Positions 37,640 to 50,755 of a stretch of 57,639 bases of DNA are shown here, piece after piece. The notes under the pieces were generated by a model, which was not told the origin of the DNA, did not search any database, and saw only the letters and a program-made list of their open reading frames with translations. The position numbers were made by a program, and so were the translations under genes. Where the stretch lies: contig LVLI01000406.1 in NCBI GenBank assembly GCA_001687465.1, forward strand, positions 1-57,639, in the 5' to 3' direction. The DNA is from Halocafeteria seosinensis (lineage: Eukaryota). Position 1 is the stretch's first letter. Each line of letters starts with the position of its first letter.

Positions 37640-40600
37640 ATGCGCATGCTCAAATTAGTTGTCTGGCATGTGTTTTTGATATCATCACACTTGTTGGGAC
37701 CACGACCGGGTTGTGGCCATGTTGCTCCCTTTGTAGAGCAGGAGCACGTTCATATCGACGCAAGATCCTCCTTCCAGAGCACCTCGTCGAATGAAGAAAG
37801 TGTATACACGTACATCAAGGAGGGGCGCCACTGTGGGGAACCTCCTCATCGTGATGAAAAAGAGCAGATATGGGAGCAAGAGCAGCAGATTCTCGATGAG
37901 CTTCCACTGATTCTAACAGATGTGGAGTTCATTCGAGAGATAGAGTGTCATGTGTGGCTTATACGTCATCGAGGCTCTCTTTCAGGCGCTAATGTATTCG
38001 TATTGAAACTAGGATGCAGAGCCAGCAAAGACCCAGCAAGACCATTTAAAGGAGTTCAAGGCTTCACGGAAGCCATTGCTGTTAATTTTGTCAGGGATAT
38101 TTTATGCCTCCCTGAACGAGTTTTGCCCACGAAGCTCATATCGGTAGATGTGACAAGTATCCATAAAACGAAGGAAGCTCTGGCTGCATTCGGAACACAA
38201 TGCTATCATAGAATGGTGGAGAATCAGCAGGAATTTGTAGCCATAGCGGGGGCCTTGTCAGTCTTCCGACCACATTTGCGGACAACAATGCCATCTTCGA
38301 TGGACGTACACAATTTATTGCGAGGCGTACAGACAAAGCATATGAAGTCCTTGTTAGAAGTGGTTGGCATCGACTTCTTATTGTCTAATCCAGACAGAGA
38401 CTTTAGACCGCATAATTGGCTTACATTCCGTGGGGAATTCTTAGCAATCGATCTCGGTTCCTCGTGGTATCAAAGTGGTTTAATCAATGACAACGAATCT
38501 ATACCTATGGCTGCATCCCAAGCGACAAAAGCGTGGAGCATGTGCTATCCATTGAAGCAGATTCTTGGAAGCTATGGAAGGAGTTATCACGAATGTTTTT
38601 CTGCTGAATTCATCCACATGTTCAAAGCAGTCCGTTTCCTGATGTTGCGGCCCATGGAGCGTCTACTTGACCGTTTCTCCGACAGAGTTCCGGACGTACT
38701 ACAGAAGTATTTCGATGCCCTTCTCAAGGATAGCGTGGATTTACCTGCGGCCACACTTAGTAGAGCATGTTACCGTCATACGACAACCGACACAAGAATG
38801 GGAGTGGAGGGCGTTGCCAAATGCGCTGGCATATCTACATCGACTGCATTATCTGCTTCCATAGCAGCTCGATATCGTCAGCTCTTGTGCCTCGCCGACT
38901 CGGCTAACTCAGTGGACGAATTAAAACCACCTGCTCACTTCTCCGAACACGAATCCTCCCGTCATCATGCACCCGCCCAGGTACAAGATCTTTATGTTCA
39001 GAGTCTGCCTGTAGTATCACCAGATATTCTGTTTCCGGTGGTTGTGAATACGGCTACGGAGAGTTTTCCGACAAACGTGATAGTTGTGAACATGTATTTG
39101 AAGTCCAGTAAGGGTTTGCAATTCTTAGGCCCCTTGAAGATTGTTCGAGGAAAAGGAGTATATGCCGTTTCCCTTTCATATCTTGAATACCACGATGAAA
39201 CAGAGGTAACTGTGATGGCAACTTTCAACGGCAATAACGGCGAAAGAGTTGAAGGAAGCTTCAGGATGAAAGTACTTCTTGAGCAGTTCAATCCAAATTT
39301 GACCGTACTCGACAGGTACTTCTCTAGAGGCAACGTCACAGAGACGTCATGCAGCGTAACGCTTACTGTGCCTCAGTTGGCCCTGCGTCCCGGCCAGATT
39401 TTCGTTTTTCCGCCGGCAAGCCGCACGAGCAAGTGAGTACTTAGTAGCAGACACGGCGGGTTACGTTTCTTCCGCATAGCCAGTTANTCTTCATTATTGC
39501 AGATGTCTTAAAGTGTATAACCTAGCCGTCACGCGCAGTCTAACGTACACCGGCTCGTCGAACGACGCGGCTGTTGCGTTCTCAACCCGGGTGTCATCGG
39601 ATGGTACAGATGAACCAAAATGGGGTGAGGTTAACTTATCAGGCAATGTCAGGGTTGAAATTGCTAATGTATGGTTTCTTGGGGGCGGTGGATCAACGGC
39701 CCCGAACTCATGGTTCGGTCATTCGAATTCACAACCTGTTATACGGATCAGCCGCTCGACAAGAGGTACAACCATAATGGGCGGGGGTTGTGTCTCATGT
39801 TGGGGCAAATGTTTGGGTATTGACCAATCCAACTCGGTGTTAATAGTTGGCATCGTTGTAAGCGAGTGTGACACAGGCATCGAGGTTCATCATTCCAACG
39901 TGTCTATGGAGAGCGCACACGTCATGAATTTACCGCGGGCTTCAGTCGCGGATCGTCGCGACGGGAATAAACACTCAGATTTCCATGAGCTCTTCTACAG
40001 AACTTGTTTAGTAAATGATTGGGATCGCATTCACAATACCGGTAGTGTTGACCGTGAGGACGATAATGATGGGATATACCTCAGGGGAGATTCGAACGGA
40101 CACCGCGGAAAACATTCGGTAACTCTTTATGAGGTTGTTCTCTACAATGGTGGAGATGATGGAATTGATATTAATGGCCACAATGTCACGATTTCGAGCT
40201 CTTGGATCCAGCATTTTGCACATGAGGGTATTGCTACGTCCGGCTTTGAAGGAGCCAGCATTAGCATCACTGCTACCCGTGTTTCTGAGTGCGCCGTCGG
40301 ACTTGAAATAGGGTATGGATACCCACGGGTATACGTGAATGAGACTATTCTCAGTAATAACAACTATGCGCTGCGCTATGGTGATGAGTACTTGACATGG
40401 ACTAAGGGCGGTTATCTGGAGGTTTCTCATTCAGTTATTGGACCCAGTCGGTATTTTGACGTTTCTGATCAGTTCCCATGCGTTACTAACGGGAATTTAG
40501 AACTGTGTTTTCCCACTCCAAACCAATTAGTCTTCCACGACAACGTAACGCGTTCCGAAGACAACGCGGTCATGGAAACAATACATCCGTCAATGGTGGG

Positions 40601-41750
40601 AAGACCTAAAGTCTACGATGTAGGACACCTAGGCGATTCAGGCAACGGCAACTTACGGCCATATTTTCATGAAGCCCTTCAGAAACACGGAATAATGCTG
40701 AAGATACTGCCTTACCGGGAGAACTTTTTGACACTACCAGGGTACGATTCACACTTTCGGAATCCCAGAACCCTGCAGTGGTCTTCGATAAACGTGAACG
40801 ACGTATCTCTATATTGCGGGGCGGATGAACGAGAGCGATCAAATGGATGCGGTTTCAGGTACACTGCCTTGCTCAGGAAAAAGGAAGAAAATATAAGAAT
40901 AGCCGGCAAGGCTGTCACCTGTGTGAATATGTCCCACTACGATTCAGAATCTCATTTGCGGCAATTAAAAGCCTTTTTCGTTGACCGCGTGTTAGAAACT
41001 TTCGTTACTCTGCCCACTATGGGTATGGTGCTGTCACGCCATGGAGTGCACGGTGAGACTGAGCGCCGGCTGTTTGACAAAGTCAGTAACATGTCCCGTT
41101 GTTTGCTCATGCCTTCTGGGAAAGTTCCTACCGTTGTTTCCCCAGTTGTACCAGGGCTAGAGAACGTTAGAATAGCCCCAGCCACGCAACTTGATGTGAT
41201 GGAAGCGAGTCGCGTATACGTGAACTTCTGGGAATATGTGGCATACATGTACATTACAAACTGCTTGACGAGCATTCACAACCATTTTGCAGTACCCTTG
41301 GGAAAGACAAATGCCGTTGGGGAGTATCTATTCTATCTTGTTAGCGTTGACAATGATAGATGCCTCATGCCAGAATCTGTTAATATTGGCTTATCAACTC
41401 ATGCTGGTCTCGAAGAGCATCGATTTAGGTTTGAAATGAACAAAATACTCCTGTTCCAATTTTCCTGTCAGGATTGGAGTCAGCATCGCCTGAATGTACC
41501 GAAAGCTCCTTGTAACCAAACAGTACCTGCCGGGTCAAACTTTAGAGACTTCAAAGAGAACGCAGCCTTGGGCAACTTTCAGTCGAGACTTTCGAAGTGG
41601 AAAACACGCTCCTTCGTGGAAGAATACGAACAAACGGTTCTCCTATCCAAAGACGTACTACAAGAGGAGGTTCTACACTTCGAGGAGAACACGATTCACG
41701 AAGCGGAAGGACGCATCAACAGGCTGCTGCAGCATCTCGCACGCTGCTAG
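37640..41750 (+). CDS. Secreted protein: atypical (FAM20/PI4K-like) kinase - right-handed beta helix - second FAM20-like kinase domain
   Basis: Signal-like N-terminus; IDFLLSNPDRD..HNW..AIDLG; intron 39433-39502 joins in frame; DDNDGIY/GGDDGID/HEGIA/GLEIGYG; KAFFVDRVL..LPTMG..HNHF..VDNDRCL. Confidence 0.7.
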
Positions 41751-41778
41751 TCCAGCCACTTTGTTCTGTTTCGTGCAG

Positions 41779-43305
41779 CTACTTCTTGTCACGAGAAAAC
41801 GCTTGATACAGCTGCTTTGTTAATTGCATGTTGAGCACATTGATGACAGACATTCCGCCGAACCTGTAACGGAACCCCAAAGAGAAGACAAGAGTAAGAC
41901 AGTGTCTACACTGGGATAACCGCAGTTCGCTTGAGCACTTACGCGGTCCAGAAAAGCCCCTCATGTGGCCACTTATCGCGATCTGACAGCAGTTTTGGAA
42001 TGAGCCATGCATGAATGGGAAGCCTCATCAGCAGTAGACTTATGAATAGCATTGTCCACACGACCATTTTCCACCCCCTGAACGAGCGTTTCGATGGACC
42101 ATATTTCGCGTAAATATTCAGGAGAGTGCGCAGGTGCAGAAACACGGAATTGATTTCACACAAAAGGTCCAAGACAATGTAGAGCATGCCTATTTCGAAC
42201 CAGAGACCAAGACCAAGGCACAAGAGTAGAACGGCATGGTGCACAATAAGGTCCGGGGATCCCGTCAGTGCGCCGGCTTGTAGCATATCCCAGCTGCATA
42301 GCAAGCAACGGTGAACTATAAGCCATATCTTTTTGACCGGAAGAATAAACAAAGAAACAGCACTGAACTTAGTTCGTTACCCATTCATCCTTTGTTTTTG
42401 TTGAGGATAGAGAAAAAGAAGGGAATACGTACGTATCATAGGCAAAATAACCGACGGAAACCGAAATCGTCCACAATGGCGCCCTCGATTTAGGAGACTG
42501 TGAACAGTTGCAGACGCAGATTCATTCGTGTCACTTAAAATGAAGAACACAGCTTGATTTCATGTGGTGAAAACCTTACCATCACCCAGTTCGCATCTGG
42601 GTTTGTGTACTCGTTCCAAGCACGCCATACCGTCCACACGCAGTAAGCTCCGCTAATCGTGGAATGCACTAACGACACCGAAATGTTGATCCCTGCAGAA
42701 ACAGAACCCTATCCTTCAAATAGCATTCCATATCCCTAAACTATCCATTCCTTACATCTGTCTCGTTGTTTCCGGGGAATCTGGTCAAAATCGGGCCAGA
42801 ACATCCTGGTCAATGGCGGTGCAGCCTTGTTCACTCCGAAGAACACCTGTGTACATACACACAAACAAACAAACAAAAAAATTGTTTTTCTTCCAGACCA
42901 TGTCATGGCACCGGGGGTGCGTGGGGGTGGAGGCTGGCATGCACGTACCGTGGTGAAAAGGAGGATCCTCCCGAAGAAGCTCTTGACGGTGGTGGCCCAG
43001 GTGATGAGCGCAAACCACAGTCCAATAAAGACATCCGCCAGGATGCGATTCCTGCTCTTCCTCTCCCGTTTGTGACTATGGTGGTCCTTGTAGTACCCAT
43101 CCCCTCCCTCTTGTGCCTTGCCCTCCCCCTTCTGGGTGGTGTTGTCGTTGGAGGAGGAGGAGGGTGCTTGTTCGACGGCAAAGCGCTGTTTGAGCGTCGA
43201 CGTAGAAGACTTTGACTTCCTGATCGAGGAGGACGACGAAGTGGAAGAAGAGTCCGACAAAGAGTCATTGTCCTCCTCGATCTGGCGCATGGGAAGATCG
43301 ACCAT
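41779..43305 (-). CDS. TLC (TRAM/LAG1/CLN8) domain membrane protein (multi-exon)
   Basis: SVSLVHSTISG, WDML..PDLIVHHAV, LLCEINSVFLHLR, MRLP; last exon ends SRDKK*. Confidence 0.85.
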
Positions 43306-43504
43306 TTGTTTTCTGTCTTTTCTCTACTCCTACTACATCAATGACATCAACAATCCATCTATCATGCCATCATCTCCCACCATGGGCCATGCATGGCATT
43401 GTAGTATCAGTGTCCCATATAGTAGGGGATTGTTGGTTGGAATTTCATTTGGGGAGCTACTACTGCTGTTGTTGTTGTTGTTGTGGGGTTATTACAGACG
43501 TAGG

Positions 43505-44992
43505 ATGAAAGGGACGACGGCAGTCAGTGTGGGTATCGTAGCGGTGTTGGCTGCCTTGGTCTCGGGGCTGCCATGGATGTCCCGATTACAAAGTCTTTTG
43601 ACCACCACAGCGCAATGTGAGCATATTCGGGACTGTGTGGACCTCATTTCGCTCGCTTCCTCTTCGATTAATGAAGGAGAACAGGAAGCGTCCGTGTATA
43701 CGTTCTTGCCGCTGGTGAAAATGGAGCCTAAAGTCCATGCCGTGGCCGTCAAAGTGGCCATCACTTTCCCGGCAGCCCTCAAAGACGACATTCAGATATG
43801 CAGTGATGTGGAGGATGATATCATGTACCTCCCCAAAGTACGATGTGGAAAAGGGAAATCGTCTTCATTCGGAATCATGCAAGTGGGGGACGATGGAAAT
43901 ACCACGTACCAAGGAATTGTAGCCCTCTTCCACTATCAGTTCCCTAATGTTACACGGGGCGCCATTTCACGAGCAGGGCCGCCCTATGTCGTCTACATTG
44001 AGAATCATAATGTTTTCCTCCCATCGACCATACGGTGGTCCATGGAGGTGGAGAAAGCGGGAAGCATGGAGATTTTGTGGCACTTGTGCTCCATCCCATG
44101 GGACCATCTCTTGGCTGCAATAGAAGACACACAAAACTTTGTCGTCGAAACGATACGCAGAATGATAGATCAAGTCAAAATTATGTATGCGCATCTGTCG
44201 TTCAGTGCCAAGGACCCCTCCGTATGGATACTGCATTACGGGAAAATCCCTGGCTGTGTCGGTAAAACGGATTCACTCTTGTACAAACATCGCAGCAAGT
44301 GCCATCCTTATCCAGCCGTAGAGGACACGCTACGACGTCTTCGAGAACTCAGCGATACAACCCCTGTACCCATCAATTATGCATTCCTTACGATGAGCAG
44401 GATCCTTACTCGATCATGTCATATTGTGCATTCGAAGCACATTTTCACCATTGCGATGGCCATTGCATACTCGGTTATTTACTTTGGAGCTTTGTATGCA
44501 CCAATTGTTCATACGGGATCTTCGCTGAGCAATGCTCAGATATGGGGTAGCGCATTCAGTCACGCCGACTTTTTTCACCTTTTCTTAAACTTGTACTGTT
44601 TGGTCGCCCTTTCGGGAGATCTGCATTGGGTCTGCTCCTGCAATTGGATGGTGATGGCAATCGCCTATATTATCTCCATGTACTTTGCGGCAATCGTCCC
44701 ATACGTCATTTGGAGGTTCGTATTTCGAAAGACACATATTGCACTCGTCGGAGCGTCGGGGAGTATATTCGGCATTCTGGCGTTAGTCATTATGACCCAG
44801 CAAAGCGACAGTAATGTATACTATCTTCTGTGGATTGGAGCAGTCGCCCTCTGTCACTTGCTATTGTTCAATAGGCTTGTTGACGTGTTTGGTCATATAG
44901 GAGGCTACTTGGGTGGTTGCTTCGCGTACTATATATTGCAACACATGGAAATTCTCGGACAGTCGGAAAGTTGGATATCAGTGTTCTTCTGA
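43505..44992 (+). CDS. Rhomboid-family intramembrane protease with large N-terminal ectodomain
   Basis: SAFSHADFFHLFLNLY, VGASGSIFG (Ser), GHIGGYLGG (His); N-terminal signal/anchor MKGTTAVSVGIVAVLAALV. Confidence 0.85.
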   Translation: MKGTTAVSVGIVAVLAALVSGLPWMSRLQSLLTTTAQCEHIRDCVDLISLASSSINEGEQEASVYTFLPLVKMEPKVHAVAVKVAITFPAALKDDIQICSDVEDDIMYLPKVRCGKGKSSSFGIMQVGDDGNTTYQGIVALFHYQFPNVTRGAISRAGPPYVVYIENHNVFLPSTIRWSMEVEKAGSMEILWHLCSIPWDHLLAAIEDTQNFVVETIRRMIDQVKIMYAHLSFSAKDPSVWILHYGKIPGCVGKTDSLLYKHRSKCHPYPAVEDTLRRLRELSDTTPVPINYAFLTMSRILTRSCHIVHSKHIFTIAMAIAYSVIYFGALYAPIVHTGSSLSNAQIWGSAFSHADFFHLFLNLYCLVALSGDLHWVCSCNWMVMAIAYIISMYFAAIVPYVIWRFVFRKTHIALVGASGSIFGILALVIMTQQSDSNVYYLLWIGAVALCHLLLFNRLVDVFGHIGGYLGGCFAYYILQHMEILGQSESWISVFF

Positions 44993-45642
44993 ACCGTCGC
45001 TTGGACAAGCATGCAGAGTTTAGTTATAATCGATTTGAAAATGGTAATGTGTATAATATATTGATAGGACCCTAGGAAACTGTTTCCGTCGCAGTCGTGG
45101 GTAGTAATTTCAGTTTCCGCTTAATGTTATTAACTGTTTCTTCCGAGTGGTAATCATTCTCAGTTAGGAATATGATGCACATTGGAGGAATACCCCATAG
45201 TACGATACTACATTGCTTGGTCCAGTGGTTACGGTTAGTCTTACCGCCAAATTCCTCGAGTTTAAATTCTGCAATGAATGTCACGGTACGGTTTGCAGAG
45301 AAAAGTTAAGACTCGAGCTCCTAGGTAGAAGATCGGGGCGAAACGGATGAAAATGATCATCCTTCAAGCATTCACTTTCGAAAATGACACTACAGCTAGC
45401 AGGTCTTCGTGGTTGTTTGGCGACTCCTGGCTTCCTGACTCAGGCGGGTTACCCCGCGGGTAGCGGCAAAACTTTTGACGAGTGAATACTTCAACTTCAA
45501 CGTGGCTAACGGAACAGGCTGGTTTATTGGCTTTATGAGGGTATTTCCAGGTTTCCCACAGGGTTGATAGCTTCCAGGTTGTTGGAATCATGTCAATCGA
45601 TTCGATGGGATCGTGGTTGGTGACGTAGAAAGTGGCTAAAAA

Positions 45643-48600
45643 ATGAGTCAAAAGTCGTCAGGAGCGGCTCGGAGCAACGATTCCACGCCATTCCATGAGC
45701 AAGAAGAGGTTGCAGGCGACGATGACCCCGTCACCCATGATGACTCTTCGCGGGCAAAGCCGCGAAGAGTTGCCCGTCAGGGCTGGCTCTGGAAACGCAT
45801 GCCGTACTCCACGGACACTGACAAAGAAAAGCAAGTGTATCGTACCATGGGCAGTATTGGAGCACGTGTACGAGGTGTATTTGCCAAGAACCCCCTCTAC
45901 AAGAAGCGTTGGTTTGCATTGAAAGGCGATGTACGTACAGCACACCGTTGTCCCTATCCCTTGTTGGGGAGGGCAAGAGATTCCCTGAGCCACTTGTTTG
46001 GTTTGGTTTGGTTTCCTGTGCAGTTCTTGACTTATTATAGAAATCCTGATGAATACGAACTTGGACGTTCTTTGGGTGCCATTGATTTAACCAAAGTCAT
46101 CGAAGTACATTCCGTTGACGCCAAGAATGCTCCAGGACCAAGTATGGAATTGGTAAGTACCTGGCGTACGTACGGCGGTTGATGTCAACAGGGCATTCAC
46201 AGCCAATGGTAACGCAGGACACTGGCATTCGAAAATATCGTCTATCCGTGGATGGCGGCTCTGCTAACAGTTTACACGAGCTCAATGAATGGATTAGCAT
46301 CATCAAATGGATTGTAAGTTCATCATCTACTCTATGCCCCATTCTGCAACGTCAGTATGGGAAGATATGCGTGCTTTCCTTGCTCAGTCTGGAAATGCGA
46401 TGATAAAGAACCAGGCGATGCGATCATCTCTTGAACGAGCCGGGGAGTCGGGTGCTGCTGGTGGTGGAAAGAGGTTCAAGAGGCGAGAATCGTTGACGAC
46501 GACTCTTCGTCAGTCACAAGAAGAAACTATCCGTCGGTTGACTAATCCACTAGCAAAGCATTCTTCCAAAACTCATGCATCATCACCGACGTCCCAGCAA
46601 ACCTCAACAGGAGGAACAGTGACGACTAATACTGAAGCTGCGCCCAGCACAGGAGCCGCAGAAAGTGAACAGGCCCCAACGGATGCGAACGAGAACAACG
46701 ATCTGCAGGTTAGACTGCAAGAAGCCGAGGAAAAGCTCAATTCTTTCAAGAAGACATTGGAAGAAAAGGAGGAGCGGTTGGTGGAGACACAAAAGCGGAT
46801 AAATGAACTGGAAGAAGAGTTAAAGCACTATCGCGACAGGTTCCATGAGAAATTACAAGAGGAGAACGCCGAGGTGATAAAAGAAAGAGATAACGCCACT
46901 CGTATGCGGGACGCTATGGAAAAGGAAAAGGACAAATTGATATCACAGAATATGGAGCTAAGCAGGGAAAGAGATATGCTCAGGCAGAAATTGTATGAAT
47001 GCACGCCATCTTCAACCAGTGAGAACCCACAGGACCCAAACCAACAGCGGGCACCTCGACCCCAGCCGGGGGCGGTACGCCCACAGGTCCCGTCGTCTGG
47101 CCCACGTCCACAAGCTGGCCCACGTCCTCAAACTGGTCAACGTCCTCAAGCTAATCCACGTCCCCAAGCAGGTCCGCGTCCTCAAGCAGGCGGATCACCC
47201 CGACCTCAGGGAGGAGCACCTCGACCTACACCACCACCGGGAGCTCAGCCTGTACAAGGAGACGCTCCTCGTCCAACTGGTGGTTCCCCTCGTCCCCAGG
47301 GTGGAAGTCCTCGTCCTCAGGCGGCAGGGGGGCCTCGTCCAGCAGCAGGAGGTCCTCGTCCGGCAGCAGGCGCAGCTCGTCCACCTGCACCAAGACCTGG
47401 TGGTCAAGGGTATCCAGGAGCTCCTACTCCACCCCAGCAGAAGCAGCAGCCCAAACGACAACCCAAGAAACCTGTGAAACCTTACGCCTCCTTGCGTCCA
47501 TGGTAAGTCCTGCGAAGTTTTAGCAAATTGTTTCCAGGTACACAAGCTGTTCCATTGGGTATCTCTTCAGGTTCTGGAGTAAGATTCCGGATGCGAAGGT
47601 AGACAACACTGTAAGCGTGCCTTCTACTTTATTCCAGCGCGTCGTATTCTGCTCATCATGTAGCTCTCTTTACGGGCTAATGCAGTTGTGGGAGCTGTTG
47701 ACGGATGAAGATGTTGAACTAGATACAGTACCGCTCCTGAATAAGTTCGCTAAGACCGAAAAAAGCGGAGCAAAATCAACTCCCGAGTCAACCGCTGCAG
47801 AAAAAGAGCGGAAGCAAGCCGCCAAGAAAAAGCCCAAGAAGATAAGCCTACTTGATGGCAAGCGGCAGCAAAACGGAGGAATTCAGCTTGCGAAGTTACA
47901 TTTGAATGCAGAGGTGAGTTGATGCTACAACAGTTTTGTTATTTCGAACTGTTGCCTTTCACTGTCCCTGCGTTTAATGGAGATTCAGCAAACGCGCAAT
48001 GCGCTGATTTCAATGGACGATGAAGTACTCACTACGGACCGTATCCGTTTGCTATACAATCTAATGCCGACGCAAGAGGAGAAGGCTATGCTTGATGATT
48101 ACTGTCAAACAAAGGAAGATGAAGAAGAGTTGACAAATCTCGATCGTTTTCTTTATACACTGGGTAACGTGCCCAAGGCTCAGAAGCGCTTGGATTGTCT
48201 ACAAACTGAGCGCGATTTCCAGGCGCGGGTATGTATATGGGTGCTATTGTAGGTGCGACTGTGTTGTCCTTACCCGATGTGTGAAAATGTTGGTATGAAA
48301 ACAGATACCTGAAATGGGTAACCAAATCGGAACGTTCACTGCTGCTTCCATGAGCGTCGCAGTGAGTCCAGCTGTTCGAGAGATGCTCAGACGTGCTCTG
48401 GCTCTCGGTAACTATGTCAATGGAGACAGCGCTCGAGGGGCTGCCTATGGCTTCAAAGTCGACAGTCTGCTAAAAATGGGCAATGTCCGGAGTACGGATG
48501 GCTCAATGAACCTGCTGGATTATTTTACGAAGTACCTTCTGAGCATGAAAGTAAAAGACGAAGATAAGATCGCACCTAACGTGGAAGAATACACGTTAGA

Positions 48601-49193
48601 AGATGAGTCTAGCGACGAAGAACGTCAGACGAAGAAAGCATTCACACTGCCCAAAACTCCGAATGTCCCTTTCGAACGGACCGAACCGACTGCCGCCCTG
48701 GCAAAAGAAGCTGTCAATGCGGAAACAAGCACGCTTCTCGGCGCTTGTATCCGAGACCTGACGGGATGCTCGGATGCTTCCAGTCTATCATTTTCTCAAT
48801 TGAAGTCCGATTTCAATCAACTTCGAAAGAGCTTTGAAACAGTTGCCAAAGACGTAGACGATGCTGTAAATGCCGGAAAAGAACAAGCAGGTATGTATTT
48901 CCCGTCCTCCACCTGCGGCAACCAGCATTGCTATCATGGGTGGGAATACCTCGGATGCAGGAAGCCAAGAATTGATTGATCGTATGTCTCCATTTGTGGA
49001 GGATGCGGATGAGGTTGTCCAAAGCCTGGAAGAAGAGTTGAACAAACTTGAATGGAAATTCAAGGGTATAGCAAAAGCTTATGGTGAGGATCCTACAAAA
49101 ACTAGTATGGAAGAGTTCTTCGAAACTTTTAGTAAATTCGGTAATGAGCTCAAAGAAGCTGCCGAAAAGCTGTCCCGTGAGCTGAACAATTAG
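45643..49193 (+). CDS. Formin: PH - coiled coil - Pro-rich - FH2 (multi-exon)
   Basis: RQGWLWKR..KKRWFALKG (PH); LRPW|FWSKI, LLDGKRQQNGGI, LGNYVNG..RGAAYGFKVDSL, YGED..EEFF (FH2). Confidence 0.92.
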
Positions 49194-49210
49194 CCCAGTA
49201 AAACATTGGT

Positions 49211-50451
49211 CTACACTGCTGCCGCTGCTTCGTCTTGCGCGGCACTGCCTACAACTATATGATTATCTTGCGGTAGTAGGACTCCTTGTCCAAAGTTGGC
49301 TACCTCTGTTGCCGACTCTTCATTTCCCAGAGCTATATTAGATTGAATAGACGTGTGAGTTGCGCCCGTCGGCATGAAAAATTCCTCGACAGATTTATCC
49401 ATGAAACTTAAGCAAAGCACGATAAAATTATGAATCGCCATTTTGTAGGGTTTGGTAAAATGCCGGAGACCACTCAAATGCTCAGAACAATCAAACGCAA
49501 TACTCTGTATCGAAGCAGTTCCTCGCGAGCCTCGTTGGCGTATGTGGTTCTCTAGTTCAGAAATAGATATCTGCCTATCTTCTTTTGAATAAAAGTAGAG
49601 TTGCGGCACTTTGCGCTCTCTGAGTTGGCAATGCTCAGAATATTCCCCTGTCTGATTCCAAAACAGGGACAGGATGCTCCTTACAGTCCAGGAAACGGCA
49701 TACTGCACCGTCCAGTGTGGTAGTCGTTCGCTAATGGCTGTTGCAACACTTTCGGTATTATAGGCGTGCGGACAATGATCTAAGATTATTCCCAAAACCT
49801 CGGAGGTTTGCGGTACCACGGGGTCAATTTCATCCCACTGCTTTTGGATTTCGTTGTAAATATGAAAACCGCCACAAGATAGTACATGGAACACAACGGG
49901 GCGTTCATGGAAATACTCCTGCACCAACTTATAATGTGTTGTAGATGTACACACAAACGTTTTCATATAGCTACTCGAGAAGTAGGCTTTGGATAACTTA
50001 CATGAAGCACTCTCAACCCCTCAAGCGTAAACGCTTCCAACCCTCCCGGTTGCAGAAACATTTCGATTGCTGTGCAACTCGCTCGTATTGTGGCAACCCC
50101 AAACTCCATCGTGTAAAAGTTCGCGTACTTTTTTAGCTCCTCATCCGACGCACTCGCCCATCCACAAATAAATACCACAGGTTTGCGTCGAACGTCCTCT
50201 GGTCCATCCCCTTGATGGGAAACCAGGAAAGGCGCTGAGTGCAATGGAAACTCGGATCGCTGGTTAGGCTTCCTGAACGCCACGCCTTCATCTCCCTCCT
50301 CGCCGAGTGCAATCTCCGGGTCCTTGACTTCCATCATCTTGAACCTCCCTTCCGAGGACTCCTCCACCACCACCGAAGAGGCTCCTCCTCCTCCTCCTCC
50401 TCTTCCTACAGTATCATCGTGTTGAAGTTGATGGGGCTGGGAAGCTGCCAT
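49211..50451 (-). CDS. TMEM53: TMEM53/DUF829 alpha-beta hydrolase-like protein (2 exons)
   Basis: VFICGWA..LKKY, FHVLSCGG, ILDHCP, PQLYFYSKED, FDCSEH..HFTKPY. Confidence 0.85.
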
Positions 50452-50755
50452 TCTCTCTCTTCTGCTCCACCTACCCACCGGGTAGAGAAGTTCAAAAGCA
50501 ACACAGATTCTTCCGTAAAAATTCCCCCAAAAAATTTACCTCACTGAGACCTCTATACACTCTATCATACACGGCTATAGGTATAGGTAGGTGGAAGTTT
50601 GTGAAGATGAGGATGTGAAGTTGCCATTTTGACGCCATACAAGGGCATTAAATGAGAGATACCTTGACATTAGTGTTGTAGAGTAACAATATATATATAT
50701 ATACATATATATATAATGGGTATGGGGTGATTTGGGCAGTTAGTTGAGCGGTGAA

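Noticed and set aside
43118..43504. ORF extension making the rhomboid overlap the TLC gene
   Set aside because: It is an antisense shadow of the TLC first exon plus low-complexity intergenic DNA; ATG 43505 begins a signal-like peptide.
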